Shown: positions 32,284 through 40,406 of the stretch, one piece after another
Numbering within the stretch: position 1 is the stretch's first letter
Layout of the letters: every line of letters starts with the position of its first letter
NCBI GenBank assembly: GCA_963789405.1
Contig: CAWBKL010000005.1
Location: 455,976 to 519,975, forward strand
Source of the DNA: an uncultured Alphaproteobacteria bacterium
GTDB lineage: Bacteria > Pseudomonadota > Alphaproteobacteria > CAWBKL01
Reading direction: 5' to 3'
DNA: 64,000 bases
The notes under the pieces: generated by a model
The model's input: only the letters and a program-made list of their open reading frames with translations
What the model was told of the DNA's origin: nothing
Databases searched by the model: none
Program-made: the position numbers and the translations under genes

Positions 32284-32958
32284 TCAGTTCTGCGTCGCAA
32301 CGAGCGGCTTGATCTGACGCGCGATAAAGACTGCCGCCTGCGTCCGGTTCTGGAAGTGAAGCCGGGTGAGCCCCGATTTCACCAGCGCTTTTGTATGCGC
32401 TCCGGAAAGGCCGAGGCGTTCGGCAATCTCATGGTTACCAAAGCCTTGCGCAATCAGATCGATCACCTGCTTCTCAAGCTCGGGCAGGCGATCATATTCG
32501 GCGATCCTGAGCTTGTTGGCGGCCAGCCGCTCGATCACGGGCGCTGGCATGATCGAATAGCCTTGCTTTGATAATTCAATCACTTGCGGCAAATGGCTCA
32601 CGTTAAGGTCGACGAAGATCCAGCCGTCGGCATAGCTCATCGTGCCCGAAGCCTCAAGCAGCTCATCGGAGTTGAGCGCTATGATGACGCGCGCGCCGCG
32701 CCCGAGCTTGACGAAGCCGAGGGTGTCGGCCCCCCTGAGACGGGCCAGCGCCTGATGCGAAACGATGACCGCATCCATGGCTTCAAGATCGCCTGAGCCC
32801 AAAGCTTGAACATTTTCAAGAACAACGGCCTCGATATACGGATCGCGCTGAAGCACTTCGAGCAGCGCATTGCGCTCTGCCGGCTCCTTAACGACCAAAG
32901 CGACGCGTGTTCGCCGCGATGTCCCGTTAATTCCGCTCGTTTGTGGCGTCCCTAACAT
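32284..32958 (-). CDS. LuxR-family transcriptional regulator with degenerate receiver-like N-terminus
   Basis: C-terminal LPELEKQVIDLIAQGFGNHEIAERLGLSGAHTKALVKSGLTRL HTH. The N-terminal receiver-like domain lacks the canonical acidic residues. Confidence 0.7.
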   Translation of the reverse strand: MLGTPQTSGINGTSRRTRVALVVKEPAERNALLEVLQRDPYIEAVVLENVQALGSGDLEAMDAVIVSHQALARLRGADTLGFVKLGRGARVIIALNSDELLEASGTMSYADGWIFVDLNVSHLPQVIELSKQGYSIMPAPVIERLAANKLRIAEYDRLPELEKQVIDLIAQGFGNHEIAERLGLSGAHTKALVKSGLTRLHFQNRTQAAVFIARQIKPLVATQN

Positions 32959-33463
32959 GACAGAGACCTTGAGGACACAACGATCACGTTCAACTCAGGA
33001 TCCCGTCCCAGATCATAAGAATACTCCCTTCGTGCACCAATAACGAGGAGTGATGCACGCATCGAGTGAGCGTCATCCGGACCCGGATCTGAGTGTGCCG
33101 ATGGGAGCAAGCCGTCCTCCGTTGGAACACCCTAAGCGGTGTAATTTGGTTCAACCTGTCCCGAATTTCGCGACTCAACTGGGTAAGGGTAATCAATCCG
33201 GCGCCAATCGGCCTAAGGAATCGTTAATTCCTCACCGGATTATGCGTGGCTACCCGGAAACATATGATGCTTTCGCGGGTTAGAACGCTAATGCGCCGGA
33301 CTCTCTAAGCTTTAGGCATGCGCAGCCGAGCTAGCGACACGCGATTCTACCACCTTGAAACGCTACAAATTCGAGCTGTAGCCCGATCTAGTGGCTGATG
33401 CACACCGACAACGTAAATTTTGCTTAAGTGGATTCTCAGCCGCGCCATTCTCTGGCACGATGA

Positions 33464-34264
33464 TTGTATCCCGTCGGGCAGGGTTGGAGTGAGTTCGACG
33501 AGGGATTCAACATGCGATCGAGTGTTGTCTTGTTACGTGACGTGACGGCCGCTGAGGTTTCGCATTCGCATTACGCGGATCGGCTGGAGTTTGTCCGCCA
33601 TCGTGGGCTGCGTCAGGCTTTCCAGGCGCTTAACCCCGGCTTGCTGATCTGTCACCCCGATACTTTTCACATCCGTTATGCCAACGCCGCCGCGCGTGCA
33701 ATTCTGGATCTGGAAGAGGCCGCCTTTCCGGTTCGGCTTCCCGAGGCGATCACCATGACGCGTCAGGAAGAGTTCTGCGAAACCGAGCGCCGGACGGTTG
33801 CCTGCTATCAAACCAGCATCGAGAGCGCCACTCACGACGTGCGCGCCTTCCCGGTCTATGCCCCGGGATCCCAAAACAAGGTCGATTCGGTTCTTGTGGT
33901 CATCCGCGAGTATAATGATGTGAGCTGGTCGCTGTTCGAGATGCTCGACCGCTTGCCGATTGCGGTTGCCTCCGTCACCGGCGATGCCGACGACATTCGC
34001 TACATCAATCGCCGCGCCTTGACCGAGCTGCACGCTCTTAAGAACAAGCCGCTTCTGTGGCGCTCCTCGGTGCTTACGGCCGACACGCAGCTTACCGAAG
34101 CGCTCAAGGGCCTCTTGGCTCAGGCACCCGAGGGCGGTGAAGGACGGGGCGAGGTCATGGTTGGCCGGACGCGTGCCGATATGCATTTCGCCCGCCTGAG
34201 CGCCAATGACGACTCGCGGCTCATCTATTGGGATCCGCGCGGTTTCGATCCGACGCACCATTAA
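33464..34264 (+). CDS. hypothetical protein with two PAS-like segments and no output domain
   Basis: LLICHPDTFHIRYANAAARAILDLEE and LPIAVASVTGDADDIRYINRRALTEL resemble PAS S-box cores. Start uncertain (33464 or 33512). Confidence 0.4.
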   Translation: MYPVGQGWSEFDEGFNMRSSVVLLRDVTAAEVSHSHYADRLEFVRHRGLRQAFQALNPGLLICHPDTFHIRYANAAARAILDLEEAAFPVRLPEAITMTRQEEFCETERRTVACYQTSIESATHDVRAFPVYAPGSQNKVDSVLVVIREYNDVSWSLFEMLDRLPIAVASVTGDADDIRYINRRALTELHALKNKPLLWRSSVLTADTQLTEALKGLLAQAPEGGEGRGEVMVGRTRADMHFARLSANDDSRLIYWDPRGFDPTHH

Positions 34265-34320
34265 GCTCTGCTTGATCAAACACTGAAAGGCCCGCGCTCC
34301 CGTGCGGGCCCTTTGGTTTG

Positions 34321-35106
34321 TCAAATCAGTCCCATGGTGCGGAAGCTGGCGGGCTCGCCGCGCCCGATCACCAGATGATCATGCACCTCGATCTTCAAAG
34401 CTTTGGCGGCTTCGACGATCTCCTTGGTCATCTTCACGTCGGCGGCGGAGGGCGTGGGATCACCGGATGGGTGGTTGTGCACCAGGATGATCGCCGTTGA
34501 GCTGAGCTCCAAGGCGCGCTTGACGATCTCGCGCGGATAGACCGGCGTGTGATTGACCGTGCCGCGCTGCTGCACCTCGTCGGCGATCAGCCGGTTCTTG
34601 GAATCGAGATAGAGCACGCGAAACTGCTCGCTCGCCTCAAAGCTCATCGCCGCGCGGCAATATTGAACGAGCTGGTTCCACGAGCCGATCGCCGGGCGGT
34701 TCATCACGCGGCCTTGCGAAAGCTTGAGCGCCGCCGCTTGAATGATCTTGAGCTCGACAGCGACCGCTTCGCCCAGGCCCTTCACCTCGCGCAGGCGCTC
34801 GATATCGGCGGAGATCGCTTCGGCAAAACCGCCGAAGTGATCGATGATCTCCTTGGCCAGCGGCTTGACATCGCGTCGCGGGATCGCGCGAAACAGCACA
34901 AGCTCCATCAGCTCGTAATCTTGCAGCGCATCACTGCCGCCCCGCAGGAAGCGCTCACGCAAGCGCTCGCGGTGGCCGTGATAATGCGGCTCGTCTTTGT
35001 CTTTCTCTTTCGCTGAAGGCTTTGCAGCGGGATCATCCGCATCCTCGGTGAGGCGCTTGAACGGGGCGCGCGGATCGTCAAACCCTTCGCGGCTACCCCC
35101 CATCAC
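34321..35106 (-). CDS. radC: RadC-family JAB-domain protein (UPF0758)
   Basis: ...[17 protein letters not shown]...LELLLF... N-terminus and the C-terminal JAMM motif [21 protein letters not shown]. Confidence 0.85.
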   Translation of the reverse strand: MMGGSREGFDDPRAPFKRLTEDADDPAAKPSAKEKDKDEPHYHGHRERLRERFLRGGSDALQDYELMELVLFRAIPRRDVKPLAKEIIDHFGGFAEAISADIERLREVKGLGEAVAVELKIIQAAALKLSQGRVMNRPAIGSWNQLVQYCRAAMSFEASEQFRVLYLDSKNRLIADEVQQRGTVNHTPVYPREIVKRALELSSTAIILVHNHPSGDPTPSAADVKMTKEIVEAAKALKIEVHDHLVIGRGEPASFRTMGLI

Positions 35107-35115
35107 GCCTCTCCG

Positions 35116-35941
35116 CTAGCGGATTTTGTATGGCGGCTTGTCGAGCCCGGCCGGCGACAGCGTGAAAATCTCGTTGCCGGTCCTCGGTGATGCCGATCGA
35201 ATGCTCGAACTGCGCCGACAGCGAACGGTCCTTCGTCACCGCCGTCCAGCCGTCGTTCAAAAGCTTCACATGCGGCTTGCCGAGATTGATCATCGGCTCG
35301 ACGGTGAAGAACATGCCCGGCTTCAATACCAAGCCTTCGCCGCGCTTGCCGTAATGCAAAATGTTGGGCGCGTCGTGGAAAATGCGCCCCAGCCCGTGGC
35401 CACAGAAATCGCGCACCACGCCGCAGCGCTCACCCTCGGCGAATTCCTGGATCGCGGCGCCGATATCGCCCAGCGTTGCGCCCGGCTTGGCGGTGGCGAT
35501 TCCGCGCATCATCGCTTCATAGGTGATGTCGACCAGGCGCTCGGCCTTCTTGGCGACTTCGCCGACCAGAAACATGCGGCTGGTGTCGCCATGCCATTCA
35601 TCGAGGATGACGGTGATGTCGATATTGAGGATGTCGCCTTCCTTCAAGACCTTGTCGCCGGGAATGCCATGGCAGACGACATGGTTGACGGAGGTGCAGA
35701 TCGAGCGCGGGAAGCCGCGATAATTGAGCGGGGCGGGGATGGCGCCATGGGCCAGGATGAAATCGTGGCACAGCGTATCCAGCTCCAGCGTGGCCGCACC
35801 GGGGATCACATGCGGCGTGATCATATCCAGCACTTCGGCGGCGAGCCGGCCGGCTTTGCGCATGCCCTCGAAGGCATCGGGCCCGTGCAGCTTCACAAGG
35901 CCGGTATTGCGCGATGGGGCTTGGGTTGCGTCCTGATACAT
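35116..35941 (-). CDS. map: type I methionine aminopeptidase; frameshift ~35185 near the 3' end
   Basis: ...ICTSVNHVVCHGIPG...ILNIDITVILDEWHGDTSRMF...DFCGHGLGRIFHDAPNILHY...FTVEPMIN...QFEHSIGITED. The true C-terminus (NEIFTLSPAGLDKPPYKIR) lies in the adjacent frame. Confidence 0.9.
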
Positions 35942-36353
35942 GGGTCCAGATTCTAGCGGCTGATCCCTCTATAAATAATATCTTGGCGGCCCGATGCAAA
36001 CGCGGAAAACGCGGCGCATTTGTTTGCTTCAAATCGCGCGGGGGGAGGCTAGGGGCCCCGTCTTCTCAAGCGCTTAGAGGGGCATTCCGCGCATTTAAGC
36101 ATTTCGCAAAACGGGGATAACCGCCACACCGCTTGCGGGCCCGCGCGTATGAGAGATGGGAGCCCGGTGGCCGGCCGGACAAGACCTCGTCATCACGAGG
36201 CCGGCGCGGCCCCCGGCGATCCAGCCTGGACTGCTTCGGCCTCCGGCCCCGCAATGACGGTTAGCGCCGGGCCAGCGCCCGCCGCGCCATGCTAAGCTCA
36301 GCTCGCGCCCAAGCGGCTCTCAAAGGGCCCTCGCGCGAAAGAGGGAGGACACC

Positions 36354-37250
36354 ATGGCACGCATTGCATCTGCGCTCGCGGTTTTGATCCTGGCGAGCTT
36401 CGCGTTCATCGGCGGTGCAAGCGCCAAGCAAAAGCCGCTCACATTCAAGGTGATCACATCGAGCGAAGGCAGCCTGTGGGCAAGCTCGACGCTGATCATG
36501 GGCGAGCACGATGCCGTTCTTGTCGATGTGCCATTCACGCGTGCCGATGGCTTACGCCTCGCCGCCGATGTCTTGGATTCCGGCAAGACGCTCAAGACGA
36601 TCTACATCACGCATGATCATCCGGACCATTATTTCAGCGTCGATGTGTTCACCGATGAGTTTCCCGGTGTAGAGGTGATCACCGCGCCGCAAGTCGTCGA
36701 TGACATCTGGAAATCCTATCCCTTGAAGATCAAGCGCTGGAGCCCGGGCCTGGGCACCAATGCGCCGCATCATCCGGTCGCCGTCAGCGCCGCGCCGGGC
36801 AAGAGTTTCATGCTTGAGGGCCAGAAGATCGAAATCCTGGGTCCCATGCAGGGCGATCATGTGCATGCCACCGCAATCTGGGTGCCGTCGATTAGCCTGC
36901 TCGTTTGCGGCGATCTCTGCTTCAATAAGATTCATCTTTGGCTCGGCGAGCATAAGCCTTCGCAATATGACGATTGGCTGAAATCGGTCGAGATGATGGC
37001 GGCGCTCAAGCCCAAGGCGGTCGTCGCCGGGCACAAGCAGCCGGGCATGGCCGATGATAGCAGCGCGCTCGATTTCACGCGGAGCTATCTCGTTGCGTTC
37101 AAAGCGGCGGCGGCGAATTCCAAAACCTCAGGCGAACTGATCGCGAAGATTAAAGCCGAATTTCCGGATACCAAGGATGTCTTGAATGATTTCATTCTGC
37201 CCAACTCGGCCAAGGTCGCAACAGGCGAAGAGCCGCTCTGGACGGAATAG
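36354..37250 (+). CDS. secreted MBL-fold metallo-hydrolase
   Basis: Signal peptide, then the THDHPDH (HxHxDH) motif plus downstream His/Asp ligands. 298 aa. Confidence 0.75.
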   Translation: MARIASALAVLILASFAFIGGASAKQKPLTFKVITSSEGSLWASSTLIMGEHDAVLVDVPFTRADGLRLAADVLDSGKTLKTIYITHDHPDHYFSVDVFTDEFPGVEVITAPQVVDDIWKSYPLKIKRWSPGLGTNAPHHPVAVSAAPGKSFMLEGQKIEILGPMQGDHVHATAIWVPSISLLVCGDLCFNKIHLWLGEHKPSQYDDWLKSVEMMAALKPKAVVAGHKQPGMADDSSALDFTRSYLVAFKAAAANSKTSGELIAKIKAEFPDTKDVLNDFILPNSAKVATGEEPLWTE

Positions 37251-37271
37251 GCGCGCCTTATCGCATCAAGT

Positions 37272-37394
37272 GTCGTCCCGGACGCGATGCAGCATGCAAT
37301 GATGCTTCGCAGATCCGGGATCCACAGTTCAAGATGTCTGGATCCCGTGTCAGCAGCGCGTCATTGCATGCCGCGCTGCGCACGAGATGACACG
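37272..37394. repeat. palindromic intergenic repeat element, copy 1 (second copy at 58346..58463)
   Basis: gtcgtcccggacgcgatgcagca...tgcttcgcagatccgg...ggatcccgtgtcagca...tgcgcacgagatgacacgg shares about 75% identity, in blocks, with copy 2. The termini are inverted (gtcatcccgg / ccggatgac). Confidence 0.7.
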
Positions 37395-37419
37395 GGGCAA
37401 GAGAGCAAAAGAGCAGGCA

Positions 37420-38130
37420 ATGGCAGAGCAAAAGACGGCGGGCGCGATCATCATCGGCGATGAGATCCTCTCCGGCCGAACGAAAGACACCAACCTCAAC
37501 ACGATTGCGCTCTACTGCGAGGACTGCGGCGTCGCGCTGAAAGAGGCGCGCACCGTGGGCGACACCGAGGCCGCAATCATCGAAGCGGTGAATGCGCTGC
37601 GCGCGCGCTATGACTATGTCTTCACCACCGGCGGCATCGGCCCCACGCATGATGACATCACGGCGGAATGCATCGCCAAGGCGTTCGGCGTTCCGCTGAT
37701 CCATCATCCCGATGCGATGGCGCAGCTCAAGGCGCAATTGGGCGCCAATTTCAACGAAGCCCGCGCGCGCATGGCGCGTGCACCGCAAGGCGCGGTGCTG
37801 ATCGACAATCCGGTCTCGGTCGGCCCCGGCTTCATGACCGGGAATGTCATCACCATGGCGGGCATTCCGCGCGTGATGACGGCGATGCTGGAGAGCGCGC
37901 GCCCGTTTATCGTCGGCGGGCCGAAAGTGTTGAGCGAAGTGATTTTCACCAGCGTGCCGGAAGGCGATTTGGCCGAGCCGCTGGGCGCAATTCAAAAGCG
38001 ATTTCCTGAGGTGTCGATCGGCTCTTATCCCGGCTACCGCGATGGGCGCATCACCAACCGCCTCGTCTTGCGCTCAACCGATGCTGCCTTGCTCGCCGAA
38101 GCCAAAGCCGCCGTTGAAGCAATTGTGTGA
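37420..38130 (+). CDS. CinA N-terminal-domain / MoCF-biosynthesis-domain (molybdopterin-binding fold) protein
   Basis: GAIIIGDEILSGRTKDTNLNTIALYCEDCGVAL...YDYVFTTGGIGPTHDDIT matches the CinA-N/MoaB-MogA fold. The ORF may start at 37387. Confidence 0.7.
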   Translation: MAEQKTAGAIIIGDEILSGRTKDTNLNTIALYCEDCGVALKEARTVGDTEAAIIEAVNALRARYDYVFTTGGIGPTHDDITAECIAKAFGVPLIHHPDAMAQLKAQLGANFNEARARMARAPQGAVLIDNPVSVGPGFMTGNVITMAGIPRVMTAMLESARPFIVGGPKVLSEVIFTSVPEGDLAEPLGAIQKRFPEVSIGSYPGYRDGRITNRLVLRSTDAALLAEAKAAVEAIV

Positions 38131-39973
38131 GCTTTCTCTGGGGCGACGTCGTTGGTGAATTACATCGCGCTCTTCTTGTTCATCGCCGCGCGAATTAGCT
38201 TGTTTAGGTCTGAGTGTCCTCCCCATACAGAGACGTTCTTGCGTTCGACGGGCGGAAAATAGCGAGAGGAAAAATAGACTGCTGCTTGAACATACGAAGA
38301 GCCGATGTTTGGATATGCCGAGACAAGAGACATTCTCCGTGGATGAGTTCCGAATTTCGCCACAAGAATCGCAGCAACGGCGCGAAGTGCGTCGTGTCGC
38401 CCAGCATCTCTAAGTATGTCCAGGCACAGCTTAACTAGCGAATCATCGGATTCAGGCATGCGCATCAGAGCTGCTAACACCCACATCCTCTGCCAATCAG
38501 CCATCGATGGGCTTGCCGCGAGTTCTATCAGGGTTTCAAGCACGTTCTTATGGTCTAAGAAGTTTGTGAGGTAAGAGCAATATATCTGCGTCATGGCAGG
38601 CTTGATCTTGAAGTTTTGAATCACGTAGTCGATCGCGTGATCGGAACCCGCCTTCATAAACAGCGGAAGACAAAAACGTTCAATGCTCTCGCTGTAGATG
38701 GGAAATTCGGAAATAGACGCGAAGAGCATCTTTGTCGCGGCCAATTCGATACTCTCGTCGTGGTCCTCATCGAAGTCGTCGTCGTTTTCCCAGTCAATTT
38801 GGAATCCGTAGTCTCCATCGGCGTAGGTTTCGTCAAGCGTGGCAGTGACTTCCTCAACGGCGTCCTGGAATAGCTCATCTAGATCGGGCTCATCTGCCAT
38901 AAGCGATATGCAGGTCGTAAGCGAAGACTTTGTTTCATTGAGCGACAAGTCGTACGTCCGCAAGAACGGGATCAGGTCGAGAAGAAGGTCATCTGCTTTA
39001 TCTGCCGTCGAGAGAAAGACGTAAATGTCGTCTACATACCGCGCAGAACTAAGGTTATTGTCCGACAGATATAGGTCGATCGGGGAGAGATAGAAGTTGC
39101 CGAACAGGTCAGACGGATACATCCCCTGCAAAATTCCGCGCGAGCTTCGTCCTCCGGCGTATACGAGAAGCAAAGCTTCAAGGACATTGAGAAAGCCCTT
39201 AGCATACCCCGCATCGGACAGCGTGTTTATCAAGGTATGCTGATTTATCGAGCCAAAACAATTCGCTATGTCGAGCTTCAAAATGTACTTATTGGCACTC
39301 GACAATGCATGCTTCTTTAGAGCGGTTTGAAGTTCACTCCAACAGAGCCTCGTTGGCTTGAACATAGCCGGGCTGTCAGGCGCCTCGAACTGATGACTGA
39401 ACGATCGTGTGTGATCGGTCTTCTTTTCAATGATGAATGCGGCGGAGTCTGCGAGAGCTTGATATAACAATCTGTCAGCCGGCATCAGTATGCTTCCCGG
39501 TCGCGAGTAGACCGGCCCTAGCCGTTTGGGTGTTGTTCGAACCCGATTGGATTTGGGAACTTCAATTGTTAGGGGTGTCCCTGGGTTGAAGATACCTGAC
39601 TTCAAGTCGCCAACTACGGAGGCGACCAGTTCGTCGTGCGCTTTATCGTAAATGAATCGGAGATGTGGGGCGAAGATAAAGTCAGAACGCGTATTGTAAG
39701 TAATCCTCGCAATTGCAAGGTTCCAGTCGATTTGCTTGAGCAGCGTACCATCCAGTCCAAATGACGGTTTGACCTCGGCAGAAGGCGGCATCTCAAAAAC
39801 TCTCAATCAAGCGAGCACAACGCTATCAGTATTCGCTTAGAACTCAAACTTGTTCTGCGCTCACAACTTGATGCACTCTAAGAGTGCTCCAGGGCTCAAA
39901 TGTCGGCGCAAAAATAAACTCTGGAGTTAAGGCGCGAAACGCTCTCCGGCATATCGAAGCAGGTTGGTGCGGC
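38131..39973. other. low-GC islet (about 48-50% GC versus about 65% in the flanks) carrying a single reverse-transcriptase gene, wedged between the 3' ends of two native genes
   Basis: Composition shifts exactly at the stop codons of the CinA-like gene (38130) and the GFA gene (39974). Confidence 0.7.
38160..39791 (-). CDS. standalone reverse transcriptase (RT domain plus about 250-aa C-terminal alpha-helical domain). Candidate Abi/UG-class defence RT.
   Basis: RT motifs in order: 1 LTIEVPKSNR, 2 SRPGSIL, A ILKLDIANCFGSI, B RGILQGMYPSDLFGNFYLSPID, C YVDDIYVF, D LIPFLRTYDLSLNETKS. No maturase/X or endonuclease domain. Acidic stretch DWENDDDFDEDHDE. ATG at 39791; the ORF track extends it to a TTG at 39806. 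Confidence 0.8.
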   Translation of the reverse strand: MPPSAEVKPSFGLDGTLLKQIDWNLAIARITYNTRSDFIFAPHLRFIYDKAHDELVASVVGDLKSGIFNPGTPLTIEVPKSNRVRTTPKRLGPVYSRPGSILMPADRLLYQALADSAAFIIEKKTDHTRSFSHQFEAPDSPAMFKPTRLCWSELQTALKKHALSSANKYILKLDIANCFGSINQHTLINTLSDAGYAKGFLNVLEALLLVYAGGRSSRGILQGMYPSDLFGNFYLSPIDLYLSDNNLSSARYVDDIYVFLSTADKADDLLLDLIPFLRTYDLSLNETKSSLTTCISLMADEPDLDELFQDAVEEVTATLDETYADGDYGFQIDWENDDDFDEDHDESIELAATKMLFASISEFPIYSESIERFCLPLFMKAGSDHAIDYVIQNFKIKPAMTQIYCSYLTNFLDHKNVLETLIELAASPSMADWQRMWVLAALMRMPESDDSLVKLCLDILRDAGRHDALRAVAAILVAKFGTHPRRMSLVSAYPNIGSSYVQAAVYFSSRYFPPVERKNVSVWGGHSDLNKLIRAAMNKKSAM

Positions 39974-40360
39974 TTACTCAAAGCGGCTGGTGGCGTCGCG
40001 ATCGCGCTCATAGTGTCTGAGCAGAAATGGCGGCAACCAGGATTCGCGGCGGATGGTCCAGAGTTCGTAAGTCGGCATCAGTTGATCGGGCGCATCGAGT
40101 GATCCCAGATTCACTTCGATCTCGTCTTCGCTGCGTGAGAAAACCGGCGAGCCGCAGCGCGGGCAGAAGAAGCGCCCAGCATAATCGCGCATTTCGCCGG
40201 TGATCGTCACCGCATCCTGAGGGAAGACCGCGGATGCGTGAAACAGCGCGCCATGATGTTTGCGGCAATCGAGGCAATGACAAAGGCCGACCCGATATGG
40301 CCGCCCCGACGCTACAATTCGCACGCTGCCGCACAAGCAACCGCCGGTGAAACGCTCCAT
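39974..40360 (-). CDS. GFA-family (CENP-V-like) zinc-binding protein
   Basis: MERFTGGCLCGSVRIVASG...GLCHCLDCRKHHGA...FFCPRCGSPVF cysteine pattern. Confidence 0.7.
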   Translation of the reverse strand: MERFTGGCLCGSVRIVASGRPYRVGLCHCLDCRKHHGALFHASAVFPQDAVTITGEMRDYAGRFFCPRCGSPVFSRSEDEIEVNLGSLDAPDQLMPTYELWTIRRESWLPPFLLRHYERDRDATSRFE

Positions 40361-40406
40361 GCCCGCGTCTCCTCCAAAATCAGGCGGCCGGAGCAGCTAA
40401 ACGAGA

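Noticed and set aside
34302-34500. Small plus-strand ORFs overlapping the radC 3' end
   Set aside because: They are antisense to the conserved RadC JAMM domain and have a low-complexity, Arg-rich translation.
38160-39806. Interpretation of the RT as a group II intron
   Set aside because: No maturase/X or En domain. Only about 180 bp of non-coding DNA 5' and 30 bp 3' of the ORF. That is far too little for intron domains I-IV and V-VI, and no GTGYG or domain-V-like sequence was spotted.
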